A stretch of DNA of 47,360 nt from Chthoniobacteraceae bacterium (GCA_031409335.1 JANNWY010000295.1:1-47360); one strand, 5' to 3'. Positions 17,863-27,292 are shown, counted from the first letter of the stretch. Notes: generated by a model not told the origin, from the sequence alone. A program made the numbers and translations.

Positions 17863-17907
17863 TGCGGATTCAGCGCGCCGACGCGCAATGGACCGTGACT
17901 CATAAGG

Positions 17908-19398
17908 TCACGCGACGGCGAGCTGCATGATTTGCTCCTGCGTCGCGCGCTTTGGGTCCGCGATTTCCCCGGTCACGCGACCTTCGTGCATGACGAGGAT
18001 GCGGTCGGCCATGCCGAGGACTTCGGGCAGTTCGGAGCTGATCATGACGATGGCTTTGCCGGCGGCGGCGAGTTCGTTCATCAGTAGATAAATTTCGTAT
18101 TTCGCGCCCACGTCGATGCCACGCGTGGGTTCGTCGAAAATCAGCACGTCGCAATTGCGCGCGAGCCATTTCGCGAGCACGACCTTTTGCTGATTGCCGC
18201 CGGAAAGATTGCCCGCGCGCTGTTCCTGATTCGGCACTTTGATATTGAGTTGATCGACGTAGCGCCCGAAGTGCTCGCGCTCGCGACCGAGCTGCACAAA
18301 GCCGCGGCGCGAAAGCCAGGTGAGATTTGGCAGGCCGAAATTCTCGCGAACGGAATGGCCGAGCACGAGTCCTTGTAGCTTGCGATCTTCGGTCAGCAGA
18401 CCGATTCCCGCCGCAATCGCATCCCGCGGAGAACCGATGGCGAGAAGATTTCCATCGAGCCGAACTTCGCCCGCTTCGCGCGGGTCGGCTCCGAAGATGA
18501 GCCGAACCGTTTCCGTGCGCCCCGCGCCGACCAGACCGGTGAGCGCGAGAATTTCACCGCGCCGCACGGCAAACGAAACATCGCGTACCGCACGGCCCCG
18601 TCGGAGGCCGGAGACTTCGAGGCGCGGCGCTCCGAGCGTCACGTTGCGCGCGGGAAATTCGTCCTTCAATTCGCGGCCCACCATCAGCTCGATCATCTCG
18701 TTTCGCGTGATCTGCTTGATAGGCCGCTCGCCCACATTCCGACCGTCGCGCAGAACCGTGACGCGATCTGTGATGGTGAAAACTTCATCGAGCCGGTGGC
18801 TGATGTAGATGATGCCGATGCCGTGGCTTTTCAGGTCGCGGATGATTTCAAACAGCCGCGCGACCTCGTGCGAAGTGAGCGCCGCGCTGGGCTCATCCAT
18901 GACGATGATGCGCGCCTCGAACGCGAGCGCCTTCGCGATCTCGACGAGTTGCTGCTGCGCCGTGGTGAGCCGCCGGCACGGAGCGTCGAGGTCGATCGCC
19001 ACACCCAGCCGCTTGAACAACGCGGCCGCGCGCTCGCGTTCCTGTTTCAGCGCCACGAACCCCGCGCGCGTCACCTCCTGCCCGAGGAAAATGTTTTCCC
19101 CCGCCGTGAGTCCGGGAACGAGATTGAACTCCTGGTAAATCACCGCCACGCCCGCGCGCCGCGAATCCTGCGGCGAGTGAAACGGCGTCTCGCGACCATC
19201 GATTGCGATCCTGCCTTCATCTGCGCCGTGCGCGCCGCCGAGCACCTTCATCAGCGTGCTTTTGCCTGCGCCGTTCTCGCCGAGCAAGGCCAGCACTTCA
19301 CCGGGCCTCAAGCTGAGATCTACGCCGCGCAATGCCTGCACGCCGGGAAATGACTTCACGATCCCGCGCATCTCGAGGAGCGGCGCCGCGTCGGTCAT
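17908..19398 (-). CDS. Monosaccharide ABC transporter ATP-binding protein (RbsA-like, two NBDs)
   Basis: GENGAGKSTL, MDEPS, ISHRLDEV, LSGGNQQKVVLAKW, FDEPTRGIDVGAK. Confidence 0.95.
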   Translation of the reverse strand: MTDAAPLLEMRGIVKSFPGVQALRGVDLSLRPGEVLALLGENGAGKSTLMKVLGGAHGADEGRIAIDGRETPFHSPQDSRRAGVAVIYQEFNLVPGLTAGENIFLGQEVTRAGFVALKQERERAAALFKRLGVAIDLDAPCRRLTTAQQQLVEIAKALAFEARIIVMDEPSAALTSHEVARLFEIIRDLKSHGIGIIYISHRLDEVFTITDRVTVLRDGRNVGERPIKQITRNEMIELMVGRELKDEFPARNVTLGAPRLEVSGLRRGRAVRDVSFAVRRGEILALTGLVGAGRTETVRLIFGADPREAGEVRLDGNLLAIGSPRDAIAAGIGLLTEDRKLQGLVLGHSVRENFGLPNLTWLSRRGFVQLGREREHFGRYVDQLNIKVPNQEQRAGNLSGGNQQKVVLAKWLARNCDVLIFDEPTRGIDVGAKYEIYLLMNELAAAGKAIVMISSELPEVLGMADRILVMHEGRVTGEIADPKRATQEQIMQLAVA

Positions 19399-19457
19399 AC
19401 GCCCAACCCGATTGCGGGCTGCTCGACAAGCTGGTCTTCGGTGTAGGCGTGGGGCAT
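19395..19457 (-). pseudogene. N-terminal remnant of a type I restriction enzyme R subunit (hsdR-like)
   Basis: MPHAYTEDQLVEQPAIGLGV*; resembles the N-termini of HsdR proteins (..YTED.LVEQPAI.LF..LGW). Its stop overlaps the ATG of the ABC ATPase. Confidence 0.65.
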
Positions 19458-19467
19458 GACGAACGGC

Positions 19468-21237
19468 TCACTCACCTCTCCAACGGGCGATTACATCCTT
19501 GAAAGTTACGTCACGCCAAAGTTCCTGCCATTCCGAGTGAACGCGCACACTTCTCGAATGAGGCTCGGGCTCAGGCAGCGGCATGTGAACAACTGCCGGA
19601 AGGAGGACTGCATCCCCGACAATGATGCAATCACCAGGACTGAGGTTCGGCAGAATGTCCGTGATGCCGTTTGCGTTATCGGGGAACAATCGGCGGACAT
19701 AAGCTTGGTCAGCGTCGTTTGTGAGCCGAAGCGCAACGAAGTTGTTGCACTGGGCGAAAATCGTTTCCGAAACTTCCGAAGGACGCTGGCTCACGACCAT
19801 CAGATTGAGGCCGTATTTTCGGCCTTCCTTAGCGACCCGCTCCAAGGATTTGCGTGAGGCGCGGTAAGCGGCAGTATCATTCTGCGGGATGTAGTTGTGC
19901 GCCTCTTCGCAAACAATCATCACCGGAACATCATTGGTTTGATCGGATTTATGGCGGAGCTTCGAGTAGTGGAAACAGAAGTCGAAAATCAATCTCGACA
20001 CCAAGCTGACCGTGATGCTCAACACCTCGAAAGGAATCCCACTCAAATCCACAATCGTCACGTTCGCTCTGTTGAGATAGCCGAGGAACTGCTTCATGAT
20101 TTCCTCGAAATCCGTGGTCTGATACAGCATGCCATCCGGCTTCTTGGGTTCGAGGAGAAATCGCAATCGCCGGTCTGCTAGTTTGGTTTCGAGACGGGAG
20201 ACGAACCGATTGAACTCACCATTAAAAGGCCCGTTGTTTGCGCGAGTGTCCTTCGCAGTCGATGACTGGACGAAGGAGTGGATCTTGTCGAAGTAAGCGT
20301 CTTTTCGCTCTTTCACCAGTGTGCCATCGGCTAGCTTTGGCAGGTTTTCATTGTCCAGCCGGCCTATGACTTCACGGTTCAGGTTCTCGATGTAGTTGCA
20401 CACCTCGCGCAGTGAAAAATAGACCGGCGTGTCGTAGGTAATGTCTGTGAGCTTCGGATTGTGCTTCTCCTTGTTCAAGATTACCGCGTGCTTGAATTGG
20501 GACACTTGGTTGTGCGAGTTCTGCTCGTTGCTCTCAATGAACATGCTTTCCAACTCCTCTGAGTTCATCAGCCAATACGGAAGCAGCAGGGAATCGATAC
20601 CCAGCGGGTTGAGGGTGAATGACTCCTCTTTAACCAATGTGAACGCGGCTGTGTATTCGTCATGAACGTCGAAGATCACGATGTGCGCGTTTCTTTGCTT
20701 GCCGATGTGGCGGTTCTTCTTCCCCGCGATGCCAACTGCGTCATGCAGGATGCGGGCAACAGCGCACGATTTTCCCGAGCCTGTAGAGCCAACGATGGCG
20801 ATGTGCTTGCTGAAGAAGCGGTCGCCGCTGATTCTCAGCGTCACGTCCTTGTTCACAGACAACTGGCCGAACGGAAAATCGTATTCGGCGCTTTCGGCAA
20901 ACAGCTTGTCTAGCGTCGCTTGTTCAGGGATGTAGGCGGGTTCGGTTGGGACTGGCAGCAAGACTGTGCCCCGCTCAAACACATTCGCCGCTGTAAGATT
21001 GCCGACAGCTTGGCAGGAAACGATGAATTGCCACTCAACTTCACCGGCAGCATTGATCGAAGTGTTGCCCCGGACGTTCCGTATGACCGTGATGGTGTAG
21101 TCGTTATTGCCTTGAGCTATTTGCAGGTAGCGCCCGACTTGCAGGTGCGACTTGTGATCCTCGAAAGTCTTGAGGTTTTCAACCGCCACTGTGATTTCAT
21201 TTGGGGCGCAGAGCAGAACTTGACCGATTTTATTCAT
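19468..21237 (-). CDS. herA: HerA/FtsK-family ATPase, anti-phage-associated
   Basis: N-terminal HAS-barrel-like region; Walker A HIAIVGSTGSGKS; Walker B IVCEEAHNY; AKEGRKYG..VVSQRPSE motif. Confidence 0.9.
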   Translation of the reverse strand: MNKIGQVLLCAPNEITVAVENLKTFEDHKSHLQVGRYLQIAQGNNDYTITVIRNVRGNTSINAAGEVEWQFIVSCQAVGNLTAANVFERGTVLLPVPTEPAYIPEQATLDKLFAESAEYDFPFGQLSVNKDVTLRISGDRFFSKHIAIVGSTGSGKSCAVARILHDAVGIAGKKNRHIGKQRNAHIVIFDVHDEYTAAFTLVKEESFTLNPLGIDSLLLPYWLMNSEELESMFIESNEQNSHNQVSQFKHAVILNKEKHNPKLTDITYDTPVYFSLREVCNYIENLNREVIGRLDNENLPKLADGTLVKERKDAYFDKIHSFVQSSTAKDTRANNGPFNGEFNRFVSRLETKLADRRLRFLLEPKKPDGMLYQTTDFEEIMKQFLGYLNRANVTIVDLSGIPFEVLSITVSLVSRLIFDFCFHYSKLRHKSDQTNDVPVMIVCEEAHNYIPQNDTAAYRASRKSLERVAKEGRKYGLNLMVVSQRPSEVSETIFAQCNNFVALRLTNDADQAYVRRLFPDNANGITDILPNLSPGDCIIVGDAVLLPAVVHMPLPEPEPHSRSVRVHSEWQELWRDVTFKDVIARWRGE

Positions 21238-22438
21238 AGGCTTGGGTTACTCCTGTAACGAAGGCGACTTCCTTGACACTGGTTGTTTCGAGCACCTCGA
21301 CGCAGACATCTTTCGTATCAAGCGCCGTGTAGCAGTTTTGGCCGACGATAAACAGATCGTCTCCTTTTTGGTGCGACAACGCTGTTCCGTTTGTGTCCCA
21401 ACGCAACATCCGAAGATGAAATTCCCTTCGCAACACACCAGCACTGCGCCCTTTCTGGACTAGCGGTGGCCGGAAGAAATGGGCCTCGTCGAACTGACCG
21501 CCCACAAATCCATCTGTCGAGATGACACCTTTCTTATGCAGGCGAAGCTGGATGTCCCGAAAGATGTCTTCGGTCGCGTCCAAGCACAAAACCGGCGTGC
21601 AGATGTGGGCCGGCTTGAAGTGATACTTTGCCAAGAAGTCGCACACGAAGCCAACTAAGCCAGCATCGAAATCCTCAAGGGTCGCGCAGTTCACAATGAA
21701 GTAGCGGAGACGGGCGTTCTTATCCAGATGCGCCTTCAGTTGCTTGCGCCGCGCTTCCAAAAGCTGCTTTTTGGTTTTCAGGGCCAATGTCCAACGTGTG
21801 ATCGCAGTGGACTTGATCTTGCGCAAATCCGCCAGAAGAGCGGTTTTGGTGATGCGCCGCTGAGTCACATCATGTCGGATGCTGAGGTTCGCGATCGCTT
21901 GGATTGCATTCGGATAAGCGAGCGTATCAACGTCGCCTTTTGGTATCCCTGCGGCCACGAGGGCGGCATGAACGGATGCCACCATGTCATCCCACGATGG
22001 GCCGAACTGCATTGAAATCCTCGGAAGGAATTTATCCAGGTCAATCTTCCCGTTCAGCGCGTCGCAGTATTTCTTTTTGAGGTCCTTATCCTTGGAGGCA
22101 AGAGCGGCTTCGAGTTCAACCTTAGTCAGGGTCTGGTTTGCGGGCAGATTTGGGAAGTGAGCGAAAAGAACGTATGAAATATTCGCCAACTGGTTGGCGT
22201 GAAAATGCTGCATCATTTGCAGCAACGGCTTGAAAATCGTGCTGACAGTAAACACTTCCTTCGCCTCGTGATACTTGCACTGAATCGCGGTGCGACCTGC
22301 GGGCGCGGCAACCTCAATGTCTTCGATGATTCCTTCGACGGTAATCTCGGCGTCATCGGCAGACTTCAACACCTCCAACAAGGTTTTGTTGAACTGATAC
22401 TGGAAGCCTTGAATTGTGTAGTCAGCGGTTCGATCCAT
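21230..22438 (-). CDS. DUF4297-family anti-phage nuclease (partner of HerA)
   Basis: MDRTADYTIQGFQYQFNKT...VEGIIEDIEV...IQCKYHE has the Cap4/DUF4297-like PD-(D/E)xK pattern (G..YQ, ED, QCK); overlaps the herA start. Confidence 0.75.
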   Translation of the reverse strand: MDRTADYTIQGFQYQFNKTLLEVLKSADDAEITVEGIIEDIEVAAPAGRTAIQCKYHEAKEVFTVSTIFKPLLQMMQHFHANQLANISYVLFAHFPNLPANQTLTKVELEAALASKDKDLKKKYCDALNGKIDLDKFLPRISMQFGPSWDDMVASVHAALVAAGIPKGDVDTLAYPNAIQAIANLSIRHDVTQRRITKTALLADLRKIKSTAITRWTLALKTKKQLLEARRKQLKAHLDKNARLRYFIVNCATLEDFDAGLVGFVCDFLAKYHFKPAHICTPVLCLDATEDIFRDIQLRLHKKGVISTDGFVGGQFDEAHFFRPPLVQKGRSAGVLRREFHLRMLRWDTNGTALSHQKGDDLFIVGQNCYTALDTKDVCVEVLETTSVKEVAFVTGVTQAYE

Positions 22439-22441
22439 GAT

Positions 22442-22570
22442 TCAGTTTTCCTTGAGGTTGACCTGCCCCGACAGCAGACGCGGCAGCAGCAGGTCGCGCG
22501 TCCGGCGGAGGTTTTGGATTCCGCGTTGGAGCGCGGCGTTTTCGACGATGGATTTGTTCAATCTACTCAT
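22442..22570 (-). pseudogene. 42-aa chimeric remnant: HsdR-like N-terminus joined to an HsdS C-terminus
   Basis: MSRLNKSIVENAAL-QRGIQNLRRTRDLLLPRLLSGQVNLKEN*. The L..TRDLLLP.LLSG tail is the hallmark HsdS C-terminus; GGAG RBS upstream. Confidence 0.7.
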
Positions 22571-22775
22571 GGCTCCGTCCGGTTTGGAGATTTCAACTCC
22601 GATCTCCCCGCCACGGGTTCAACTCGCAAAGAATGGCGGTCAACTCGAGATCAGGCCTAGTCATGGCTCCAATGTCCAAAAGGGCACAAATAAGGAAAGT
22701 GTAGTTTCCTTGTTTTCGTGATTTTGGAAGACAGGCCTCTGTTTCGGCTCGTTTGCAGCGAACTACTACGACGTT

Positions 22776-22859
22776 TCATTGTCGTAGTCCCGTGTCCGTC
22801 AGGCTCAATTCCCCGCACCTCAGCTTCGGCGGCAGCGTGTCGCGCAGAGGGGCGAGGGC
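22776..22859 (-). pseudogene. Second degenerate hsdS C-terminal remnant
   Basis: ALAPLRDTLPPKLRCGELSL..., versus the HsdS consensus tail LA.LRDTLLPKLLSGEL.V. Confidence 0.6.
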
Positions 22860-22890
22860 GGGGCGATCCAGATCGGCCGCGCGGGGTCGG

Positions 22891-23742
22891 TCATAGGCCC
22901 AGCGCGGCTTCGAGGGCTTTGCGCATCACCGCCGGATCGGGGTCGATGCCGGTCCAGTATTGAATGCCGACGATGCCCTGATTCACCAGCATTCCCAGAC
23001 CATCGAGCGCCTTGCAGCCGCGCGCCTCGGCATCGCGGATGAAGCGCGTGCGCGGCGGATTGCCGATCACATCGGCGGCGACCATGCCGGGTTGCAGCGT
23101 GCCCGCGTCGAGCGCCAGCCGCGCGTCCGCGTCGTAGAGGCCGATCGAGGTCGCGTTGATCACGATGTCCGTTCCCGCCGGCACCGCGTAGTCGCCGCGC
23201 CACACGACGAGTTCGGCATCGAGCTTCAGTTTGTCGCGCAAAAGCCCGGCCAACTCCGCGCCGCGCGCCTCCGAGCGATTCACGACCGTGATCCGTTTCG
23301 CGCCCGCGAGTCCGAGTTCCACCGCAATCGCGCGCGCCGCGCCGCCCGCGCCAAAGAGCACGACGGATTTCCCTTTCGGATCGGCGACAGACGCGAGCGA
23401 TTTCAGGAAACCTTTCCCGTCCGTGTTCTCGCCAATGAGTTGCTCCCCGCGCCGCACCACGCAATTCACCGCGCCCATTACCGCTGCGGATTCGCCGAGC
23501 CCGTCGAGATGTTGGATGACGGTGACCTTGTGCGGCAGGCTGCAATTGAACCCGCGAAAGCCCATCGCCTTCGCCCCGCGCACGGCGGCGGCGAGATCCC
23601 CCGGCGCCACTTCCATATTGATATAGCGCCAGTGCAGCCCGTGATGGGCAAACGCGGCCTCGATCATCGCAACTGTGGGATTGCCCGCCGCGCCTTGCGA
23701 CATCGAGCCGACGAGTTCGTGGAGAAAATTTTGCGCGCTCAT
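22891..23742 (-). CDS. aroE: Shikimate/quinate dehydrogenase family protein (AroE/YdiB-like)
   Basis: GFNCSLPHK, GAVNCV, GENTDGKGF, GAGGAARA, NRS, INATSIG, DGLGMLVNQG; ATG 23742 is coupled to the upstream stop. Confidence 0.88.
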   Translation of the reverse strand: MSAQNFLHELVGSMSQGAAGNPTVAMIEAAFAHHGLHWRYINMEVAPGDLAAAVRGAKAMGFRGFNCSLPHKVTVIQHLDGLGESAAVMGAVNCVVRRGEQLIGENTDGKGFLKSLASVADPKGKSVVLFGAGGAARAIAVELGLAGAKRITVVNRSEARGAELAGLLRDKLKLDAELVVWRGDYAVPAGTDIVINATSIGLYDADARLALDAGTLQPGMVAADVIGNPPRTRFIRDAEARGCKALDGLGMLVNQGIVGIQYWTGIDPDPAVMRKALEAALGL

Positions 23743-24266
23743 GATGCGGTCAACGCCGCGTATTCCCAGCGCCACACCAACCCATCTTCAGTGTCCGTGA
23801 CTTCGCCAATTCGGCGGAATCCACTCTTGGCGAGAACACGGGTCGAGGCGTTCGGCTCCGGAAGGGTGTGCGCCCAGACAGTGCGGACTCGTTCATCTTC
23901 GAGTGCATGCGTGACCAGCGCCTGTGCCGCCTCTGTCGCGAATCCTCGTCCGCAATAACCGGGCGCAATTCCATACGCGATCTCCACGACGCCGTCAGCG
24001 TCCGGCGGTCCCTTGAATCCGCAGGAGCCAATGATCAGATTTTCGGCGGACAGGAGCACCCCATAACCCCACTCCCACGGATCCGCCGTGGTCGCACTTT
24101 TCAGCTTCGTCAAGAATTCCTGGGAAACATCACCGGATGTCATCATCTCGTGGATTCCTTCCGCGATCCTTTGAGAAAACGTCCTTTCATAAACGTCCCT
24201 TCCTTCAATCATCGCCTGCAGACGCTGCGGCGTCTGCGGGATCAGTTCCAGGCTCTTCGTTTTCAT
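23739..24266 (-). CDS. GNAT N-acetyltransferase, RimJ/RimL family
   Basis: IGSCGFKGPPD..G.VEIAYGIAP.Y.GRGFATEA; AHTLPEPNASTRVL.K.GF. Confidence 0.9.
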   Translation of the reverse strand: MKTKSLELIPQTPQRLQAMIEGRDVYERTFSQRIAEGIHEMMTSGDVSQEFLTKLKSATTADPWEWGYGVLLSAENLIIGSCGFKGPPDADGVVEIAYGIAPGYCGRGFATEAAQALVTHALEDERVRTVWAHTLPEPNASTRVLAKSGFRRIGEVTDTEDGLVWRWEYAALTAS

Positions 24267-24284
24267 CGGGCGCGAATGCCGCCG

Positions 24285-25262
24285 TTATTTCAGCTCCGGG
24301 TCTTTCTCCGCGTCCGCCTTTTTGTAGAGCTTGGTGGGAATGAGCATCTGCGGCGGCAGCGTTTCACCCTTCGAGTGGCGCACGATCGCATCGACGATCT
24401 GCACGCCCATCTTGTCGGGAAACTGAATCGGGTCCGCGTAAATTTTGCCGTCCTTGATCGCCTGCTTGCCCTCGGGCTGCCCGTCAAATCCCACGATCAC
24501 CACCTGCTGAGTTTTCCCCGCCTTTTCCACCGCGCCACGCGCGCCGAGCGCCGCGGGATCGTTGATCGCGAAGATGCCGCGCAAATCCGAATGCGCCTGC
24601 AACGCATCCTCCGCCGCCTTGTAACCGACGTCCTTCGCGCCGCCGCTTTCGAGTTCGGTCACGATCTCGACCTTTGCCTTCCCGCTTGCATTGTGCGCGG
24701 CGATCACTTCATGAAATCCCTTGGCCCGCAGGATGCACGACTCGGCTTGCTTGAAACCGAGCAGCGCGATTTTTCCACCCGCCTCGCCAAGCGCCTCGAT
24801 CATCGCGTGCGCCGCTTCCCTGCCGCCGGCGTAGTTGTCCGTGGCGATTTGCGTCACGATTTTTACGCCGGGTTCGTTGCACGGAATATCGACGGTGAAA
24901 ACCGGGATGCCCGCCGCGTTCGCCTCCTGAATCACCGGGATGATCGCCTTGGAATCGCACGGACTCAGCACGATCGCGCTGACCTTCTTCACGATGAAGT
25001 CCTTGATCTGATTACTCTGCTTTGCGACGTCCTTGTCGCCGCTGACGACGATCGCCTCGTAACCGCGCTTCTTCCCTTCCGAGGTGATGTTGTCGCCGAT
25101 GACTTTGAAAAATGGATTGTCGAGCGTGAGCAGCGAGACGCCGATCGTGCCTTTCGCCTTCGTGTCGGAAGCCGGCGCGCTGGCGGGTGGTGCCGTCTGC
25201 TTTTCGCAACCGGCAAGGATCGCGAGCGCGCAGGCGAGGAGGGAAAGGAGGCGGTATTTCAT
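24285..25262 (-). CDS. Sugar ABC transporter substrate-binding lipoprotein (RbsB-like)
   Basis: Lipobox LAGC; SLLTLDNPFF, AGIPVFTVD, TDNYAGG, FAINDPAALGA, VGFDG. Confidence 0.92.
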   Translation of the reverse strand: MKYRLLSLLACALAILAGCEKQTAPPASAPASDTKAKGTIGVSLLTLDNPFFKVIGDNITSEGKKRGYEAIVVSGDKDVAKQSNQIKDFIVKKVSAIVLSPCDSKAIIPVIQEANAAGIPVFTVDIPCNEPGVKIVTQIATDNYAGGREAAHAMIEALGEAGGKIALLGFKQAESCILRAKGFHEVIAAHNASGKAKVEIVTELESGGAKDVGYKAAEDALQAHSDLRGIFAINDPAALGARGAVEKAGKTQQVVIVGFDGQPEGKQAIKDGKIYADPIQFPDKMGVQIVDAIVRHSKGETLPPQMLIPTKLYKKADAEKDPELK

Positions 25263-25319
25263 GGGGGATGATTGAGAGCGGTGGCAGATCAAAACTGAAG
25301 GCGAATGGGCCGACGGGGA

Positions 25320-25916
25320 TTAAAGCAGCAGCGTTTCGAGCAGCGCGCGACTTTGTGAAAAGACGGCTTCGGCGCTGTGCGCGGCGTCGATGCGGCGGAT
25401 GAAGGGGCGATCCAGCGCGAGGAAAATGCGGCGGACTTCGCGCTGATAGTCGAGCGCCTCGAAATCATCAGGCGCGCCGCCGCGCCGCTGGATGCGCGTC
25501 GAGCCGACCGCGGGATCGAGATCGAGCAGGAGCACAAGATCGGGCAGGGGAGCGAAGGTTTCGTTGGCGGCGATGATCGCGTCGGGATCGAGGCCGCGCG
25601 CGCCCTGGTAGGCGGCGGTGGAAAAGTAGTAGCGGTCGAGAATCACGATCGCGCCGCGATGGAGCGCCGGGGCGATGAGCGATTCGACGTGCTCGGCGCG
25701 ATCTTTCTGGAAGAGGTCGAGTTCCTCCTGAAGCGAGAGGCGACCGGTCTTTGCGGACTGGCGCAGGGCGGTGCCGTGCGGCCCGTCGGTCGGTTCGCGG
25801 CTGGTGATGACTTCGCGGCCAGACTCGCGCAGCCATGCGGCGAGCTGCTGGATGAGGGTGGATTTCCCCGAGCCGTCGATGCCTTCGAGGACGAGGAGAA
25901 AGCCGCGCCGGTTCAT
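25320..25916 (-). CDS. tmk: Thymidylate kinase
   Basis: LEGIDGSGKST, SREP, LDRYYFSTAAYQG; ATG 25916 overlaps the argH stop. The longer ORF in the track is an out-of-frame extension into argH. Confidence 0.95.
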   Translation of the reverse strand: MNRRGFLLVLEGIDGSGKSTLIQQLAAWLRESGREVITSREPTDGPHGTALRQSAKTGRLSLQEELDLFQKDRAEHVESLIAPALHRGAIVILDRYYFSTAAYQGARGLDPDAIIAANETFAPLPDLVLLLDLDPAVGSTRIQRRGGAPDDFEALDYQREVRRIFLALDRPFIRRIDAAHSAEAVFSQSRALLETLLL

Positions 25917-27277
25917 GGCTCGCGCGAACGCCATTTTGCGAGTTGGGAGGCGATGTTTTGAGGGGATGGCGCGCCAATCGCGGTGCGCGCGGACATGGCG
26001 CGCGTGAGGTCGAAAACCTGGAAGAGGTCGTCGGCGAAGGTGGCGTCGAGCGCCTGATACTCGGCGAGCGAAAGCGCGGGCAGAGTGCAGCGGCGCTCCG
26101 CGGCGAGGGCCACGGCGCGGCCGATGATCTCGTGCGCGTGGCGGAAAGGGACTCCGCGTTTCACAAGATAATCCGCGAGGTCGGTGGCGAGCAGCAGCGG
26201 ATCGGCGACGGCGCGGGCACAGGCTTCGGGATTTGCGCGGATGCTGCCGAGCATTGCCGTGTAGATGGCGAGCGCGGCTTTGACGGTGTCGATGCTGTCG
26301 AACACGGGCTCCTTGTCCTCCTGCATGTCGCGATTGTAGGTCATCGGGAGACCTTTCAGCACGGTGAGCAGCGACAGGAGGTTGCCGAAGACGCGGCCAG
26401 TTTTCCCGCGCGTGAGTTCCGCGATGTCGGGATTTTTTTTCTGCGGCATGAGCGAGCTGCCGGTCGTGTAGGCATCGCCGATCGTGACGAACGCGAACTC
26501 CGCGGACGCCCACAGGATGATGTCCTCGCTGAGTCGCGACAGGTGGGTGGCGATGAGCGCGAGCGCGGCGAGCAGCTCGACGGCGAAGTCGCGGTCGCTC
26601 ACGGCGTCCATGCTGTTCTGCGAGATGTCGGGAAAATCGAGCAGCCGGGCGATGAGCGCGCGGTCGAGCGGGATGGTGGACCCGGCGATCGCGCCGCTGC
26701 CGAGCGGCAGCACGTTGAGCCGCTTCCGCGTGTCGGCGATGCGGCCGAGATCGCGCCCGGTCATTTCCACATAGGCGAGGAGGTGGTGCGCGAAATAGAC
26801 GGGCTGGGCGCGCTGGAGATGGGTGTAGCCGGGGATGATGATTTCGCGGTGCGCCTCGGCGAGATCGAGCAGGGCGTTTTGGAAATTGCGGAGCGCGGTG
26901 GTGATCGCATCGCACTCGGCGCGGAGGTAAAGGCGGAGATCGAGCGCGACTTGATCGTTGCGGCTGCGCGCGGTGTGCAGCTTCGCGCCGGGCGCGCCGA
27001 TGCGCCGCGTCAGCTCGGCCTCGATGTTCATGTGGATGTCTTCGAGCTCGATCTTGAACTCGAATTTTCCCGCCGCGATATCCTCGCCGATGCCGCGGAG
27101 CCCGACCACGATTTTCCCCAGCTCCTCCGCCGTCAGCAGCCCGGCGGATTCGAGCGCGGTGGCGTGCGCGATCGAGCCTTCGATGTCATGCGCCCACAAG
27201 CGCCAGTCGAACGAAATCGACTCGCTGTATTTTTGAAGGAGCGGGGCGGTGTCCTGCTGAAAACGGCCTTTCCACAT
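25913..27277 (-). CDS. argH: Argininosuccinate lyase
   Basis: MWKGRF, EDIHMNIE, HTARSRNDQ, PGYTHLQRAQP, GSSLMPQKKNPD, YNRDMQEDKE. Confidence 0.98.
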   Translation of the reverse strand: MWKGRFQQDTAPLLQKYSESISFDWRLWAHDIEGSIAHATALESAGLLTAEELGKIVVGLRGIGEDIAAGKFEFKIELEDIHMNIEAELTRRIGAPGAKLHTARSRNDQVALDLRLYLRAECDAITTALRNFQNALLDLAEAHREIIIPGYTHLQRAQPVYFAHHLLAYVEMTGRDLGRIADTRKRLNVLPLGSGAIAGSTIPLDRALIARLLDFPDISQNSMDAVSDRDFAVELLAALALIATHLSRLSEDIILWASAEFAFVTIGDAYTTGSSLMPQKKNPDIAELTRGKTGRVFGNLLSLLTVLKGLPMTYNRDMQEDKEPVFDSIDTVKAALAIYTAMLGSIRANPEACARAVADPLLLATDLADYLVKRGVPFRHAHEIIGRAVALAAERRCTLPALSLAEYQALDATFADDLFQVFDLTRAMSARTAIGAPSPQNIASQLAKWRSREP

Positions 27278-27292
27278 GGGTCGTGATCTTTC

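Larger units (their letters stand above)
19390..22901 (-). mobile_element. Inserted defence cassette bounded by a 16-bp direct repeat, with no integrase or transposase
   Basis: GTCGGTCATACGCCCA (19390-19405) and GTCGGTCATAGGCCCA (22886-22901), 15/16 identical. The interior is visibly less GC-rich and splits the ABC operon. Confidence 0.65.

Noticed and set aside
19395..22859. A functional type I restriction-modification system
   Set aside because: Only 20-42-codon scraps are present; there is no hsdM and no full hsdS or hsdR.
25320..26915. 531-aa ORF as an extended thymidylate kinase
   Set aside because: The extension overlaps argH in another frame; the real start is the ATG at 25916.
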